Origin: Eledone cirrhosa
Lineage: Eukaryota
Assembly: GCA_964016885.1 (NCBI GenBank)
Contig: OZ024741.1
Span: 222,828,001-222,892,000 of the forward strand
DNA: 64,000 nt
Reading direction: 5' to 3'
In this document: positions 37,421 to 50,487 of the stretch, piece after piece
Layout: every line of letters starts with the position of its first letter
Position numbering within the stretch: position 1 is the stretch's first letter
Made by a program: the position numbers and the translations under genes
The notes under the pieces: generated by a model
Told to the model about the DNA's origin: nothing
Seen by the model: only the letters and a program-made list of their open reading frames with translations
Databases searched by the model: none

Positions 37421-37428
<8 letters not shown>
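37287..37428 (-). repeat. Inverted duplicate of the Tigger-like MITE end (35940-36082)
   Basis: Reverse-complement match with a few substitutions. Confidence 0.9.
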
Positions 37429-37451
<23 letters not shown>

Positions 37452-37585
37452 GTAAAGTTATATTTAAAATTGTTGGGTTACAACTAGTAAATATTTATAA
37501 CTGATATAAAAGCACTCGACAAATATTTGGAGTATATTTACAATGTTAAATAAATGGAAAACTATATTTATAAAACCATATTTAT

Positions 37586-37645
37586 TTCATTATATATATT
37601 TCGGGGATATCATATTAACAATATGCTATGCCTTCATCAGACAAA
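37586..37645 (-). ncRNA. Type-I hammerhead ribozyme (left arm)
   Basis: Reverse complement of the 39852-39911 motif. Confidence 0.7.
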
Positions 37646-37993
37646 ATACAATATAAACAGTTTTATAGATAAATATATTCGACATACCGTAATAAACATC
37701 GACTTCATTTGAAGAGGTTTACGCTAGCAGTGAAAATACAGAGAGAAAGAAAAGAGGGAAAAAGAAAGAAAGACAAAACGAAGAAAAGGAAGAAAAAGAA
37801 GAAAAAGAAAAAGAAGAAATGCATGGAACAAAATAGAGAGATGGAAAAATAGATAAAGCGAAGAGCTTCATGTAAAGAGACAGAAAGAGATATATATATA
37901 GAGAGAGAGAGAGGAAATAGAGATAGATACATATATATATATAGAAAATTAGGTAGTGGGAGGTCATTTTGAGTAAGTGTATCAATGATACAT

Positions 37994-38040
<47 letters not shown>

Positions 38041-39458
38041 GCTCAAGTATTAATGTAAGGGAGATCTAGAGAGATATAGAGAGATATAGAGAGAGAAAAA
38101 ATTTGAAAATAGCCAGACATATTCGAGGCGTAGAAAACCCTATGTTTTAATGTATTAGTATTTATAAAACTTACACTATATTGTAAATATCAGTATTCCT
38201 GAATGAAACAAGTACTCACAATGTGTGAAAATTCATTATCTTATGTTTAGTTTTAAAAAAATTCATATGTTTATGTGACAGCTACAAACATCAATGTGAA
38301 TCCAACTGATTCACTCTGCAAACTCTAGGTTACCGGAAAACATTCTCAATGTGGTATAAAAATTTGAGCGTATTATTATTCTTGCGATTACTCTACAAGA
38401 TTATCTATCAAGCAGAAATAGAGAGCAGATTTCAATATACTAATCAAAAATATATATTATATTATACACAAAACTAAAAATAAAAATAAAAAGATAACAA
38501 TAATAATAATAATAAGTAAAAATATATAAAATATAGAATAGAAAACTAAAAACATATATTACGAAAGAATATTACATAATAAAAATATTGCATATTAAAA
38601 ATACTACGTATTAAAAAATATTACGTATTAAAAATTTACATATAAAAATATTAAAAATAAAAATAAAAAATAAAAAATAAAAAATATTATAGAATACTAC
38701 AATACTAAAAGAATAGAAATAAAAATAAAAATAAAAATAAAAATAAAAATAAAAATAAAAATAAAATAAAAATAAAAATAAACCACAAAGAACAACCCTT
38801 CAAAGTTAATTGACAATATATTGCCAAGTTCATTACAAGACAAAGCCAAAAATTATCTATCAAATCACATCTAGCAAAGAACATCTCAAAAAGATTATGA
38901 TGTCCAATTATGTCTACATATGTTCATATATTTAATATAGAAGTTTATCTAGTGTAAGGTTAATTCAAAAAATTTGGAGCATCGGCTTTTAGGGTATTAT
39001 TATTATTGTTATCTTTTTATTTTTAGTTTTGTGTATAATATAATATATATTTTTGATTAGTATATTGAAATCTGCTCTCTATTTCTGCTTGATAGATAAT
39101 CTTGTAGAGTAATCGCAAGAATAATAATACGCTCAAATTTTTATACCACATTGAGAATGTTTTCCGGTAACCTAGAGTTTGCAGAGTGAATCAGTTGGAT
39201 TCACATTGATGTTTGTAGCTGTCACATAAACATATGAATTTTTTAAAACTAAACATAAGATAATGAATTTTCACACATTGTGAGTACTTGTTTCATTCAG
39301 GAATACTGATATTTACAATATAGTGTAAGTTTTATAAATACTAATACATTAAAACATAGGGTTTTCTACGCCTCGAATATGTCTGGCTATTTTCAAATTT
39401 TTTCTCTCTATATATCTCTCTATATCTCTCTAGATCTCCCTTACATTAATACTTGAGC

Positions 39459-39489
<31 letters not shown>

Positions 39490-39851
39490 ATGTATCATTG
39501 ATACACTTACTCAAAATGACATCCCACTACCTAATTTTCTATATATATATATGTATCTATCTCTATTTCCTCTCTCTCTCTCTATATATATATATATCTT
39601 TCTGTCTCTTTACATGAAGCTCTTCGCTTTATCTATTTTTCCATCTCTCTATTTTGTTCCATGCATTTCTTCTTTTTCTTTTTCTTCTTTTTCTTCCTTT
39701 TCTTCGTTTTGTCTTTCTTTCTTTTTCCCTCTTTTCTTTCTCTCTTTCTTTCTCTCTGTATTTTCACTGCTAGCGTAAACCTCTTCAAATGAAGTCGATG
39801 TTTATTACGGTATGTCGAATATATTTATCTATAAAACTGTTTATATTGTAT

Positions 39852-39911
39852 TTTGTCTGATGAAGGCATAGCATATTGTTAATATGATATCCCCGAAATA
39901 TATATAATGAA
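39852..39911 (+). ncRNA. Type-I hammerhead ribozyme (right arm)
   Basis: TTTGT CTGATGA AGG..CATATT-GTT-AATATG..CCCC GAAAT ATAT ATA ATGAA. Confidence 0.7.
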
Positions 39912-39954
39912 ATAAATATGGTTTTATAAATATAGTTTTCCATTTATTTAACAT

Positions 39955-40016
<62 letters not shown>

Positions 40017-40021
<5 letters not shown>

Positions 40022-40802
40022 GATTCCTTCATAGAAGCGTCATTCGTATAGCCTGGTCTATTCGATTTTTTATATAGTTAATTATGCTAATTGGGAGAGG
40101 AAATACTATATATTTTATCTTGTGATTCTATAGACATGTTTTATGATATATAGCTCTGATTGTTTAATTTATTAATTTTTCATTGAGCCAAAAAGTGACC
40201 AGTTGCAAAACACGTATATGTATGTGTATGTATATATATATGTAAACTTTTATATGTAATAATCTCCCACTAGGTTGAGATACAAATTTGGCTGTATTGT
40301 GCTGTGCTTTCTAGCAAAAATGCCACCAGTCGTAAGCAACTACCACACCCCTTCCAACTTGACCGCGACTACGTCACGATTTTTAGCCATTTTGAAATGA
40401 ATTCTTGGCGCGATCGTTTTGGAAAATTTAATGTCTAGATATGAGCGAGCTTCCTGAAGAATCCGGCGCTCGAGTTTATATAATTATTACATAATTATTG
40501 GATAACTCAAAACACGGACGAAACCATGGTAGAGGTATTTAAGTGTATTCTATTTTCTCCTAGTTTATTTTAAACCTAATTCTGCTTAGTTGACTGTATC
40601 TAGGCGATTACGCTGTCGAAATATTCGATAAATATTCCACTACGGCCGACGCGAAGCGCTAGTTTTGGTTATTTGTTGGAGATTCCTTCATAGAAGCCTC
40701 ATTCGTATAGCCTGGTCTATTCGATTTTTTATGTAGTTAATTATGCTAATTGGGAGAGGAAATAGTATATATTTTATCTTGTGATTCTATAGACATGTTT
40801 TA

Positions 40803-40810
<8 letters not shown>
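40017..40810 (+). mobile_element. Noncoding HHR element with ~134 bp direct terminal repeats (period ~659 bp); retrozyme-like or pLTR partial tandem
   Basis: 40017-40150 is repeated at 40676-40810 and, more diverged, at ~40980-41108; (TA)n on both sides. Confidence 0.8.
40450..40535 (+). ncRNA. Type-I hammerhead ribozyme, canonical core, long stem II
   Basis: CTTC CTGAAGA A TCCG..GAGTT..TAATTAT-TAC-ATAATTA..AACTC..CGGA C GAAAC CATG GTA GAGG. Confidence 0.85.
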
Positions 40811-40890
<80 letters not shown>

Positions 40891-41145
40891 ATTTACATAT
40901 ATACAAAGTAAACAAAGTCAGTTTAAATATTCTATTGCGGTCGGCCGCGAAGAGGCTGCTGTCGTTTATTTATCAAATATTTCTTCATGGGAGCCTTTAT
41001 TCTTATAGCCTGGTCTAATTGATTTTTTATGTGGTTAATTATGCTAATTGGGAGAGGAAATGGTGTATATATTTTATCAAATGATTCTATGGACATACTT
41101 TATGATATATATATATATATATATTATATACACACACACATATAT

Positions 41146-41250
<105 letters not shown>

Positions 41251-41293
41251 TATATATAAATACATATATATATATATCTATATATATATATAT

Positions 41294-41878
41294 ACTAGCA
41301 GAGGTACCCGGCGTTGCTCGGGTATTAAACAGCAGTTGTGTATACCATTTATGTCAATACTTCAGTGCTGCCATGGTTACGGAGAAAATCGATGAAACAG
41401 GAATTTCCTATTCAAATTGAACTGAGAGTAATCTGTGAACGCAGAAGTAAATATTTCGAGTAACGTTGCAACCGAACGAAAACAGGAAGACGATATTTTG
41501 GTTCGTGAAGACGTTCCCTGGCAATGAACGGGGGGAAAAAAGCGAGGATAATACGTCGTTATGTGGAGCGAGAAAAACAATTTCATGCAAAGACAAGACC
41601 AAGTTTATGGTATAAATGGAGTCGTTAGACTAATATTCTATTTAACATAACAGAATGACTTCCAGCCCCGGAGTTTAAGAATGATGTAAATAAAATTGAA
41701 AATGAAAATGACAGAGGTTATTAAAATAGTAAAAGTAAATAGTGAAGATTTAGGCCAGTACATACGTATGTCCCGACGGACATACACATACATACGCACG
41801 CACAAATACATACCCCCCCTCCCACACACACACACACACAAACGCACACACACACAAACACACAAACACACAAACACA

Positions 41879-41918
<40 letters not shown>

Positions 41919-42361
41919 CGCACGCGTGTATAAACCTTATGCATTTCTAGTTTTTTCACCAAACTTAAGACATAGGTTACTTATGTACTCCGGATGGTCA
42001 TGGGCAATTTCATTTTTCCAGATATTGATTATAGGGCCTCCCGGCAGATAACCCCCTTTAACCACTTCCTTGGAGTCGACTGAAGCACTGCAGTGCAATG
42101 CAACAAAATGACATAACTTTTGGAGTTCGCAACCGATTTTCACAAAACTTGACACATGGGCCACGTTTGTCGTACAGATGAATGGGAACTCTCAGAATTT
42201 GCACATATTGAGTAGGGGACACCTGGGGGCAGGAACCCCCTTTTGGAAAAAAGCTGATGATTTTGTAAAAGTATAGTTTTCGAAGCAACACTGAAATATT
42301 GACATAAATGGTATACACAACTGCTATTTAATACCCGAGCAACGCCGGATACCTATGCTAG

Positions 42362-42362
<1 letters not shown>
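41294..42362. mobile_element. HINE/Helentron-like element (minus strand, ~41640-42362) with an inverted copy of its 5' end (41294-41371)
   Basis: ACTAGCA.AGGTA.CCGGCGTTGCTCGGG at both ends in opposite orientation; internal TGTGTCAAGTTTTGTGAAAATCGG motif and a microsatellite. Confidence 0.7.
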
Positions 42363-42444
<82 letters not shown>

Positions 42445-42447
42445 ATG

Positions 42448-42483
<36 letters not shown>

Positions 42484-42485
42484 TA

Positions 42486-42580
<95 letters not shown>

Positions 42581-42722
42581 ATATATATATACTAGCGTTT
42601 CCAGTTAGTTTTTAGACTAGTTTAGATTTCATTGGGCCTACTTACAACATTCAAAGTTCGGTATATACATATATACATACGTAGCTACATATAGTGCACA
42701 TAGGCGTGCGTGAACACGTGTG

Positions 42723-42817
<95 letters not shown>

Positions 42818-43089
42818 ATAGTGGTCGACTACTATGGTCATTTTCGTTGGGATGTACACATTTTAAATTTCAATTTTTTCCAATTCTTTTTTAAGTCAGC
42901 CTTTGACAGTACCTGGAACGTTCTGTACCACGCCTCCTTGACTTGGTTAGTTTCGAACTGTGTTGAGAAGAGAGGAGGGATGAAACACGAAGCTAGCAAC
43001 CTTACTTCCATTAATCACAATTGCTATAGAAACGACAAACAGATCATCAATGATTGGTCACAATAAAATGTTCCCAGTCCATGATGCAA

Positions 43090-43385
43090 ATTACTTGGCA
43101 TTAGGAAGGACATCCAAATGTAAAAACACCAAGCCAATAACAGATTGTACAAGCAAAACGTGGTCACCTGACATGTCCACAAAGAAACCAGTAAGAGCCT
43201 CCGTCGAATGGAAGCCAGAAGGAGGGTGGAAGAAAGTAGATTTGGCAAGACCTTGATGAGATCTGTGAAGGAACACCTGGAAGACATGAGCTTGGTTTGA
43301 GAAGAGGTCCATAATAAGGCGTGCAAGAGTGTGGAATGAAGATATCGCACCACCTTAATGCTCCATAGAGAACAAATGGAACTCT
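43090..43385 (+). mobile_element. Decayed RTE-like 3' end
   Basis: Peptide remnant RASVEWKPEGG followed by decayed tail; weak. Confidence 0.4.
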
Positions 43386-43879
43386 GTATCTGTGTGTGTA
43401 TGTGTGTATGTGTGTGTGCGTGCGTGCTCATGTACGTGTGTGCGTGAGTGTGTACGTGTATGTGTGTGTGCGTGCCTGCTCGTGTACGTGTGTGCGTGAG
43501 TGTGTACGTGTATGTGTGTGTGCGTGCGTGCTCGTGTACGTGTGTGTGTGAGTGTGTACGTGTGTGTGCGTGCGTGAGTGTGTACGTGTGTGTGCATGCG
43601 TGCAGGAATTCTACATACCATACGTGTGTCGCGTTGGTGCATTCCTGACATATTCATCATCCTAGGAACCAAATTTAAAATATTATACACAAGACACCGT
43701 CATTAAACACTGGAGAAGAATATAGGTAGGAATATTTAGACTAAGTCTATGTAATCTACCTGAAGAATTTTCTCGGCGTTCATATTTCACACTCATTTTT
43801 ATCATATGTATAAATTTCTTCTTCACTTTTATCATATGTATAAATATAAGCATGTTTGTGTTTCTGTATAAATACATAT

Positions 43880-44049
43880 ATTCATACATACACATATACA
43901 TACATACATACATACATACATACACATACATACATACATACATACATACATACATACATACATACATGCATACATACATACATACATACACACACATACA
44001 TACATACATACATGCATACATACATACATACATACATACATACATACTT

Positions 44050-44088
<39 letters not shown>

Positions 44089-44286
44089 CATACATACATA
44101 CATACTTACATACATACATACACATACACACATACATACATACATACATACATACATACATACATACATACATACATACATACTTACATACATACATACA
44201 CACACACACACATACATACATACATACATACATACATACATACATACATACATACATACATACATACATACATACATACATACATA
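43880..44286. repeat. (CATA)n microsatellite
   Basis: Directly visible. Confidence 0.97.
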
Positions 44287-44339
44287 GACGATGGCTGCAT
44301 CTCAATTTCGAGAATTGCCATCATTTGATCCTTTTCTCA

Positions 44340-44880
44340 CAGATGGGTGGCATGAACTTCACTTTTTAGTCCTGCTAAGAACTAACATTCCTTTCTACAT
44401 ATTTCAGTGAAAAAGGAAAAAAAGAAGCTTTTTTCGGCTCGGCCAGCCATGCTCATGCAACATATGTGAAAAATGTTTAGATCAAATGAAGAAAGGCCCT
44501 GCTCTGGACCAATCCCGCTCCCTGAGCTACGCTGACGAGTATCCAAGAAAGATAACATTATCGGCTGCGATCGAGTGGCAGGTTTTACGTCAGAGCTTTC
44601 CTTCTCCTAGAATGATGAGTTAACAAGGACCAGGAGCCTCTCCTCTCACCCCCGGTATGCTAACCTCGTACTCGGTCACAAACTGAATATTTCCATGTCC
44701 CCGTGCAAATATATATATGTGGGGTGCGGGGTGGGGGGGTGTACACACTCTAGGATAGGCATTGTCTCCCCTCTATGTTCCTCAGGCCCTCTGGCGGTTT
44801 CGTGTTTCATCCTCCTCACCAAGTGAGGTTACCGGATACACGGGGCTCGATCTTACCAGCAGTACTCAAGAGCCACTTTA
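44340..44880 (-). mobile_element. RTE-like 5' leader relative
   Basis: Minus strand GTGGCTCTTGAGTACTGCTGGTAA..CCGGTAACCTCACTTGGTGAGGAGG..CTAGGAGAAGGAAAGCTCTGACGTAAAACCTG parallels 10364-10635. Confidence 0.55.
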
Positions 44881-44924
44881 CTTAAACATACATACATGTA
44901 TATAAATATACATACATACACACA

Positions 44925-45336
44925 AACATACAGATTTATACCTGTGATCATTGGGGCTCTGTGTTTTGTTACTAATTGCCTCAGTACAAATCTTGAGAAG
45001 CTGGGCTTCACAGAACCAGAAAGAATACGACTAGTTAAGAAGTTACAAATACAATCCATTAATGGAACTGTAAAAATATGTAAAACATTCCAAAAGTTCT
45101 GCATGTGATAACTACATATAGACATATTTAGATACAAAACATGTGCACATGCACACATATAACTCAAAGCATAAAAGCATACAGATCTACACATACAATA
45201 ACATCCATACCTGTACACACACACACACACACCCGCGTGCAGACATGCAGACATATTTACTTTGTTATCTTAATTCCAATGAAAGAGTCTTGTGTCTGTT
45301 AGAAACCGTCTCTATAGAATAATGAAACCAGAAGAA
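44925..45336 (+). mobile_element. R4/Dong-type non-LTR 3' fragment
   Basis: YRFIPVIIGALCFV..NLEKLGF..KLQIQSINGTVKICKTF; ends CCAGAAGAA then CATACATA. Confidence 0.85.
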
Positions 45337-45504
45337 CATACATATACTAACACACCTGCTTATACAGTAGATTCTTTAGTAACGAATCTAATTCGCTCAA
45401 GAGCTTCATTCGTTTCCAGAACAATTACAATATATGTTGTTGTTGTTGTTGTTTTTTTGTTGTTGTTGTTGTTTTTTTTTTGGGGGGGGGGGGGGGGGGG
45501 CTAG

Positions 45505-45910
45505 TAAAATTTATTTTTAATATATTCTTTCAAGTTGACATAAATCATGTTTACTTTCAATATAGAAATAATAACAAAAAAAAGAAGGGAAACAAAAGGA
45601 AAGAAAGAATAGGGAAATCTAGAAAAAAAATATAGAAAAAAAAAGAGAAATAATGAAAGAAGAAAAAGATCGGGAAGGGGAGGGGATGCAAGAGCTCTGG
45701 TGTCACAGAAGAGAGGGGGTGAAGCGGGAGGGTGATTGGGCTTTGGGCCTAGGGCAAGAGGGCAGAAGTTCTGCGCCCCGCTGACAAGACGGCAAAAGCA
45801 TTCCCCCGGACGATGGCCCGTGACACCCGCTGCAACAGCCACCCAACCTCGCGAGGCTCCCTCTTCAGACGGCCCACCGACGCTCCGATCTTGCGGAAGA
45901 GCTCGGCAGA
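45505..45910 (-). mobile_element. GC-rich retroposon-like repeat with a T-rich tail and AATAAA; homolog of 24740-25052
   Basis: Minus-strand peptide GVTGHRPGECFC and shared nucleotide blocks. Confidence 0.55.
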
Positions 45911-46807
45911 TTCGTTTCAAAATCTATACAGAAAGTCTACAGCCAAAGCATCCCTTTTTAACATTAATAAATGACAAGTTACAAATAAATGCATAAAATA
46001 AAAACGATGTAATAATTGTACTTCAAATATGTATGTACAAGGGACTCCTGATGAAGTCGTAGGAGCGCCATCATAAAATACAGCGTGTTTTGGGGGCTTT
46101 TAAACTTGGTGGTACAAGGTCTGGACACAATCGATTTCTTCCAAAGAAGGAAATGGATGATAGAGAAGATGTGAGAAGGAAATATAGAGGAAGAATCGAC
46201 CCCATTACTGGACTAGTACTTCTTTTTATCGACCTTGAAAAGTTGATAGATAAAGTTTCCCTTAGCGGAATTTGAACTCGGTCAACGTAGGAATCGTGCA
46301 CGGATGCCGCAGGCATTCAATCTGACGTAGTACCGACTCCATCAATTCGACGCCTTGTACAGCAGATACAAGAATGAATAAACAGAACAAAATGCATCAG
46401 TAATATAATAAAAGCCATGTGTCACACACTAGAGATGACTGAGGAAAGAAGGGGTGATGACGTCGACTGAAGAAGGAAGAGATGGCAGCGTCTAACATTC
46501 GCCACAGCTATGTGTGTGTATATATGGCGAATTGACTACACACATTGACTGTTATGATTGTGTGAGTGTTTGTGTGTGTGTATGTGTGTTTGTGTAAATT
46601 ATATTTACTAGCATTTAGATATGATACGTCAAATAAAATTGTAATTGAGAATATGCACAGAAATTGAAGAGAGACTGTGTTACACTCTCTTCTGCAATCA
46701 GTAAAGTAATCCATGATACATTTAAAAAAGATATTATATATAAACTGCCTTAGGAGAAAATTAGCGACGAAAATATATGAACGTTTATATAAGCGATGTA
46801 ATAAGTG

Positions 46808-47450
46808 GCGGTGGATTGGCAGTATCGGTAGAGAGTCGGACGCCATGCTTTCCAGCATAGTTACGTCCCTTTACGGTCTGAGTTCAAATCCCGCCGAGGT
46901 TCACTTTGCCTTTCATCCTTACGGGGTCGATAAAATAAAGTACCAGTAATGTACTGGTTAATTGCTGGCCTTGTGCCAAAAGTAGAAACAGTTATAATAT
47001 AACGGGCGCTCACCGGAAGTGTTGACATTTGAAAAATTTAAAGAAGTGAATCTTGACATAAGCAATAAAATTATTTATATTTAATCAAGAATTACGAAAT
47101 TTAGTACATAAATTATGTAATATTCATTCATCCAGCATAGTTACGTCCCTTTACGATCTGAGTTCAAATCCCGCCGAGGTTGACTTTGCCTTTCATCCTT
47201 ACAGGGTCGATAAAATAAAGTACCAGTAATGCACTGGGTAATTGCTGGCCTTGTGCCTAAAGTAGAAACAATTATTTATTCAAAGTAATCCAACTTATTT
47301 TACAAACGGGATTAAAAAAGATATTCTGGACGCAGTCCCGCACTCCTTACTTTATTATATTTGCCTTTCATCCTTACGGGGTCGATAAAATAAAGTACCA
47401 GTAATGCACTGGGTGATTGCTGGCCTTGTGCCTAAAGTAGAAACAATTAT
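46808..47450 (+). mobile_element. Cluster of three young SINEs (46808-46992 full length; 47131-47274 and 47360-47450 5'-truncated)
   Basis: Near-identical copies of the consensus ending GCCTTGTGCC.AAAGTAGAAACA. Confidence 0.92.
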
Positions 47451-47879
47451 GATATATAATATTTGTGTGAGTGTATAAGTGTTTGTTTATTTATTTAGAA
47501 AGATACATAGACAATAGAATTACAAACACACACATACATCTAAACATACATAAACAGACACACTTAGAAAAAATAATTATTACATACACGCACATCTATG
47601 TGCTGACTGAGAAGACCAGCGTTCTAAGATTCGTCACAGCTGTGTGTTTGTATGTTTGTATCACTTGTGTAAGTGAGCTCGAAGGAACCAACCAGCCAAC
47701 AAACAAACATCTTTTTTATATTATGTATAGATATTACAATTAGCCGTCATATTATGTATAGATATTACAATTAGCCGTCATTTCTCACGGCACGTAGCCA
47801 GCTAGTAATTATAATAATCACTTTTAATTTACCATTCTCTTTCATCCGTTTTGTCTTACATTTCATTAACAGAATAATG

Positions 47880-49990
47880 TGGACTTACCTAATGGACACT
47901 AAATTTCATTCTGATGTCTGCAGAAAATTGTGTAATGAGGTCCAATTGTTTTTTGATATTGTTGGTATTTGGCCCATACAACTTCAGGTCATGAACAAAG
48001 AAAAGATGGGAGATACTTCTGGACCCAATTCTATGACCACTTTTTTGTGAGCAGGTATGATAGTGGGTTTAGTGAGAGGACGAACAGCAGTACTGATAAG
48101 CTATCACCCTGAAAGATGCCTTTCTGGTAGTGTATTGTATCAGTCTTAATTTGCTCCTTCTCACCTCCAAGGATCAAAGTGGTGTACAAGTTCTTGGTCA
48201 GGCGTTCAACAGCAGCTGCTAGTAGTTGTGGGACTTTGGCTAACTGTAAAGCCTTAATAATCCACCCATAAGGTACACTATCAAAAGCCTTCTGATAGTC
48301 CAGCCACACCACAGTCATGTTCCTGCGCTTCTTTGCTGTTTTTTCCTGTATCATTTTATTTGTTAATAAGTGATCTATGCAACCCCAAACACCCTTCTTT
48401 CCACCAGCTTGCTCAGGTGTTATAATGTTGGTGGCACAGTGATCCTGTAAGAACATGTTAAGGCACCCTGTGTATAATTTATACATGATGTTCTGGCAGG
48501 CTATTGGGCGGTAATATTTAGCAAGGGTGATTTGGCTATTTTGGGTGATGAGGAGAGTAGTGGCAGTTGATAACCATTGAGGCAGTTCTTGTGTGCCTTT
48601 GATAGTTTCTCTAAACAGCCGTATTAGATCTTGCCGATAGAAGGTGAAATTATTCTGCCAGTATCCTGTTATGAGATCTGGGCCTGGTGATTTCTTATTC
48701 GACATTTTCTGTAGAGCTGTTTCCAGTAATCACACATCTATATCATATCGTTTTGTCTGGACATATTGGCAGTGTTCCTGTTCCAGTTCTTTTAGCCATT
48801 TAGTTTGTTTGTTAAATCCGTCATTCGTTTCCCATACAAATCTCCAGTAGCTCTCAACCTGTTCTTTTGTAGGGGTGTCATTTACAGAGATTGAGCTTTT
48901 CCCATTGAAGCTGCGATAAACTGATTGAGGATCTCTGGCAAATAATCTATTTAGCACTTGCTGTTTATGTGCTGTTAACTTATATTTTAGTCTTTCTATT
49001 GCAGCTAGGAGTTGCTGTTTCCACTGGTGTAGTTTGGAGTTTAGAGTTTTAAATCTTGTATCGCCAAATCGCCTCTCTAGTTTTTTTCTTACGTCTTCCT
49101 GGTGTCGTGTGAAGTTACTCTCTATGTTGCATTTTATAACTTCAGTAATCTGTGAGATACTTTGTCTCGGGAACAAATTTTTTTTTTAATTACGCATCCA
49201 CGCTGGTTAAGGCTTTCTGCTTGTATCTTTGTTGCTTGGTTTTAGATGTTTATGATAGGATAGCAATGTGATAGCTGAAACATATAACAAAATATTAAGC
49301 ATTTCATATGTCGTTTCCACACCTTTGGACCGTGTGGCCTTCAGATAATTGTCAGCTATTTAGTTCACGGCTTCCAATTCCAATTTAGTGGGTTCTTTAC
49401 TGATTCTGGCGTTGTATGGTCTGTTACTCACATTAAGGCTGTGTATCTCTTGAAATATATCATCCCATATCACTTGTAAGGTGTCCACAAGTTTTTGGTG
49501 TTCTGTTTGTACAGTAGAGTTATGGATTTCAGCTACGTTGTTGGTGTGCTGTTTACTGCTAGATTTAGCTGACCATACTCTCTGTCCGTCAGTGGAAGGG
49601 GGATGATTGTCTTCAATGATTGTCTTCAATTTACATCTAATGATACGTTTTGCCTGTTCATTTAAATGTTTTGGGGAAAAGTCTAATTCTGGGTGTTTGG
49701 AGTTCCACAAAGTGTTTAGCCTCTACATAAAACCGAACTTTTGGGGGTCACATTGTTTGTGTGCTTTATATAAATCTTTGTTGAGATCATAGCTCCACTG
49801 TATACAATGGTTGTAGTTGCGGTTTGGTCGAAGGAGACTTATACGTTTTGCCGTGATGAGTTTGTCTATTCACTAATATCTAGCATTTATTTTTCAAAAT
49901 AGATGATGTTCTTCTTTAAAAGTTTAGACAAAGTTTTGTCAGAATTAAATTTAAAGTTGTTCACAGCTTGGGTAATATTTCCTTTCAGCT
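47880..49990 (-). mobile_element. R4/Dong-type non-LTR retrotransposon, 5' half to RT, decayed
   Basis: KKSPGPD, YRPIAC, EQAGGKKG, WLDYQKAFDSV, GIFQGDSLS..LNPLS. Confidence 0.9.
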
Positions 49991-50024
49991 AGTTTTTAAT
50001 TCTACAACTGTATTTTAAACTTTC

Positions 50025-50116
50025 ATTTTTTCTTTTTCTTTTTCTTTTTCTTTTTCTTTTTCTTTTTCTTTTTCTTTTTCTTTTTCTTTTTCTTTTTCTT
50101 TTTCTTTTTCTTTTTC

Positions 50117-50147
<31 letters not shown>

Positions 50148-50174
50148 TTTCTTTTTCTTTTTCTTTTTCTTTTT
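50025..50174. repeat. (TTTTTC)n repeat
   Basis: Directly visible. Confidence 0.95.
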
Positions 50175-50487
50175 GTAAAGTGAATCGTTTTGTAACATTA
50201 CTTAGTATATTTCTTTATGAATGTAATATAACAACGCTGTATTTATTTGTTAAAATCTATGTAACGTTTATGTGTTAAAATCTATGTATCATTCGTATAA
50301 ATAGATGTGTTGCAATATATTTACAGTTCAAACACTTATGTAAAAATATTGTATGTAATCTTACCGCAATATGTAGCTCAATTTTTCAAATACATGGTAT
50401 GTTGCCTTCATGCAAGCCGTAATTACATACGTCCAATCATCAGACTGACCACAACAGTCGCCATTAGCGTTTATGTATGTATGTATG

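Larger units (their letters stand above)
37541..39956. repeat. ~970 bp-arm inverted repeat (37541-38512 / 38995-39956) of a noncoding PLE-like element
   Basis: Arms near identical, differing mainly in microsatellite lengths; each carries an HHR near its outer end. Confidence 0.95.

Noticed and set aside
49989-50198. Lys/Arg-rich, protamine-like ORF
   Set aside because: It is the translation of (GAAAAA)n
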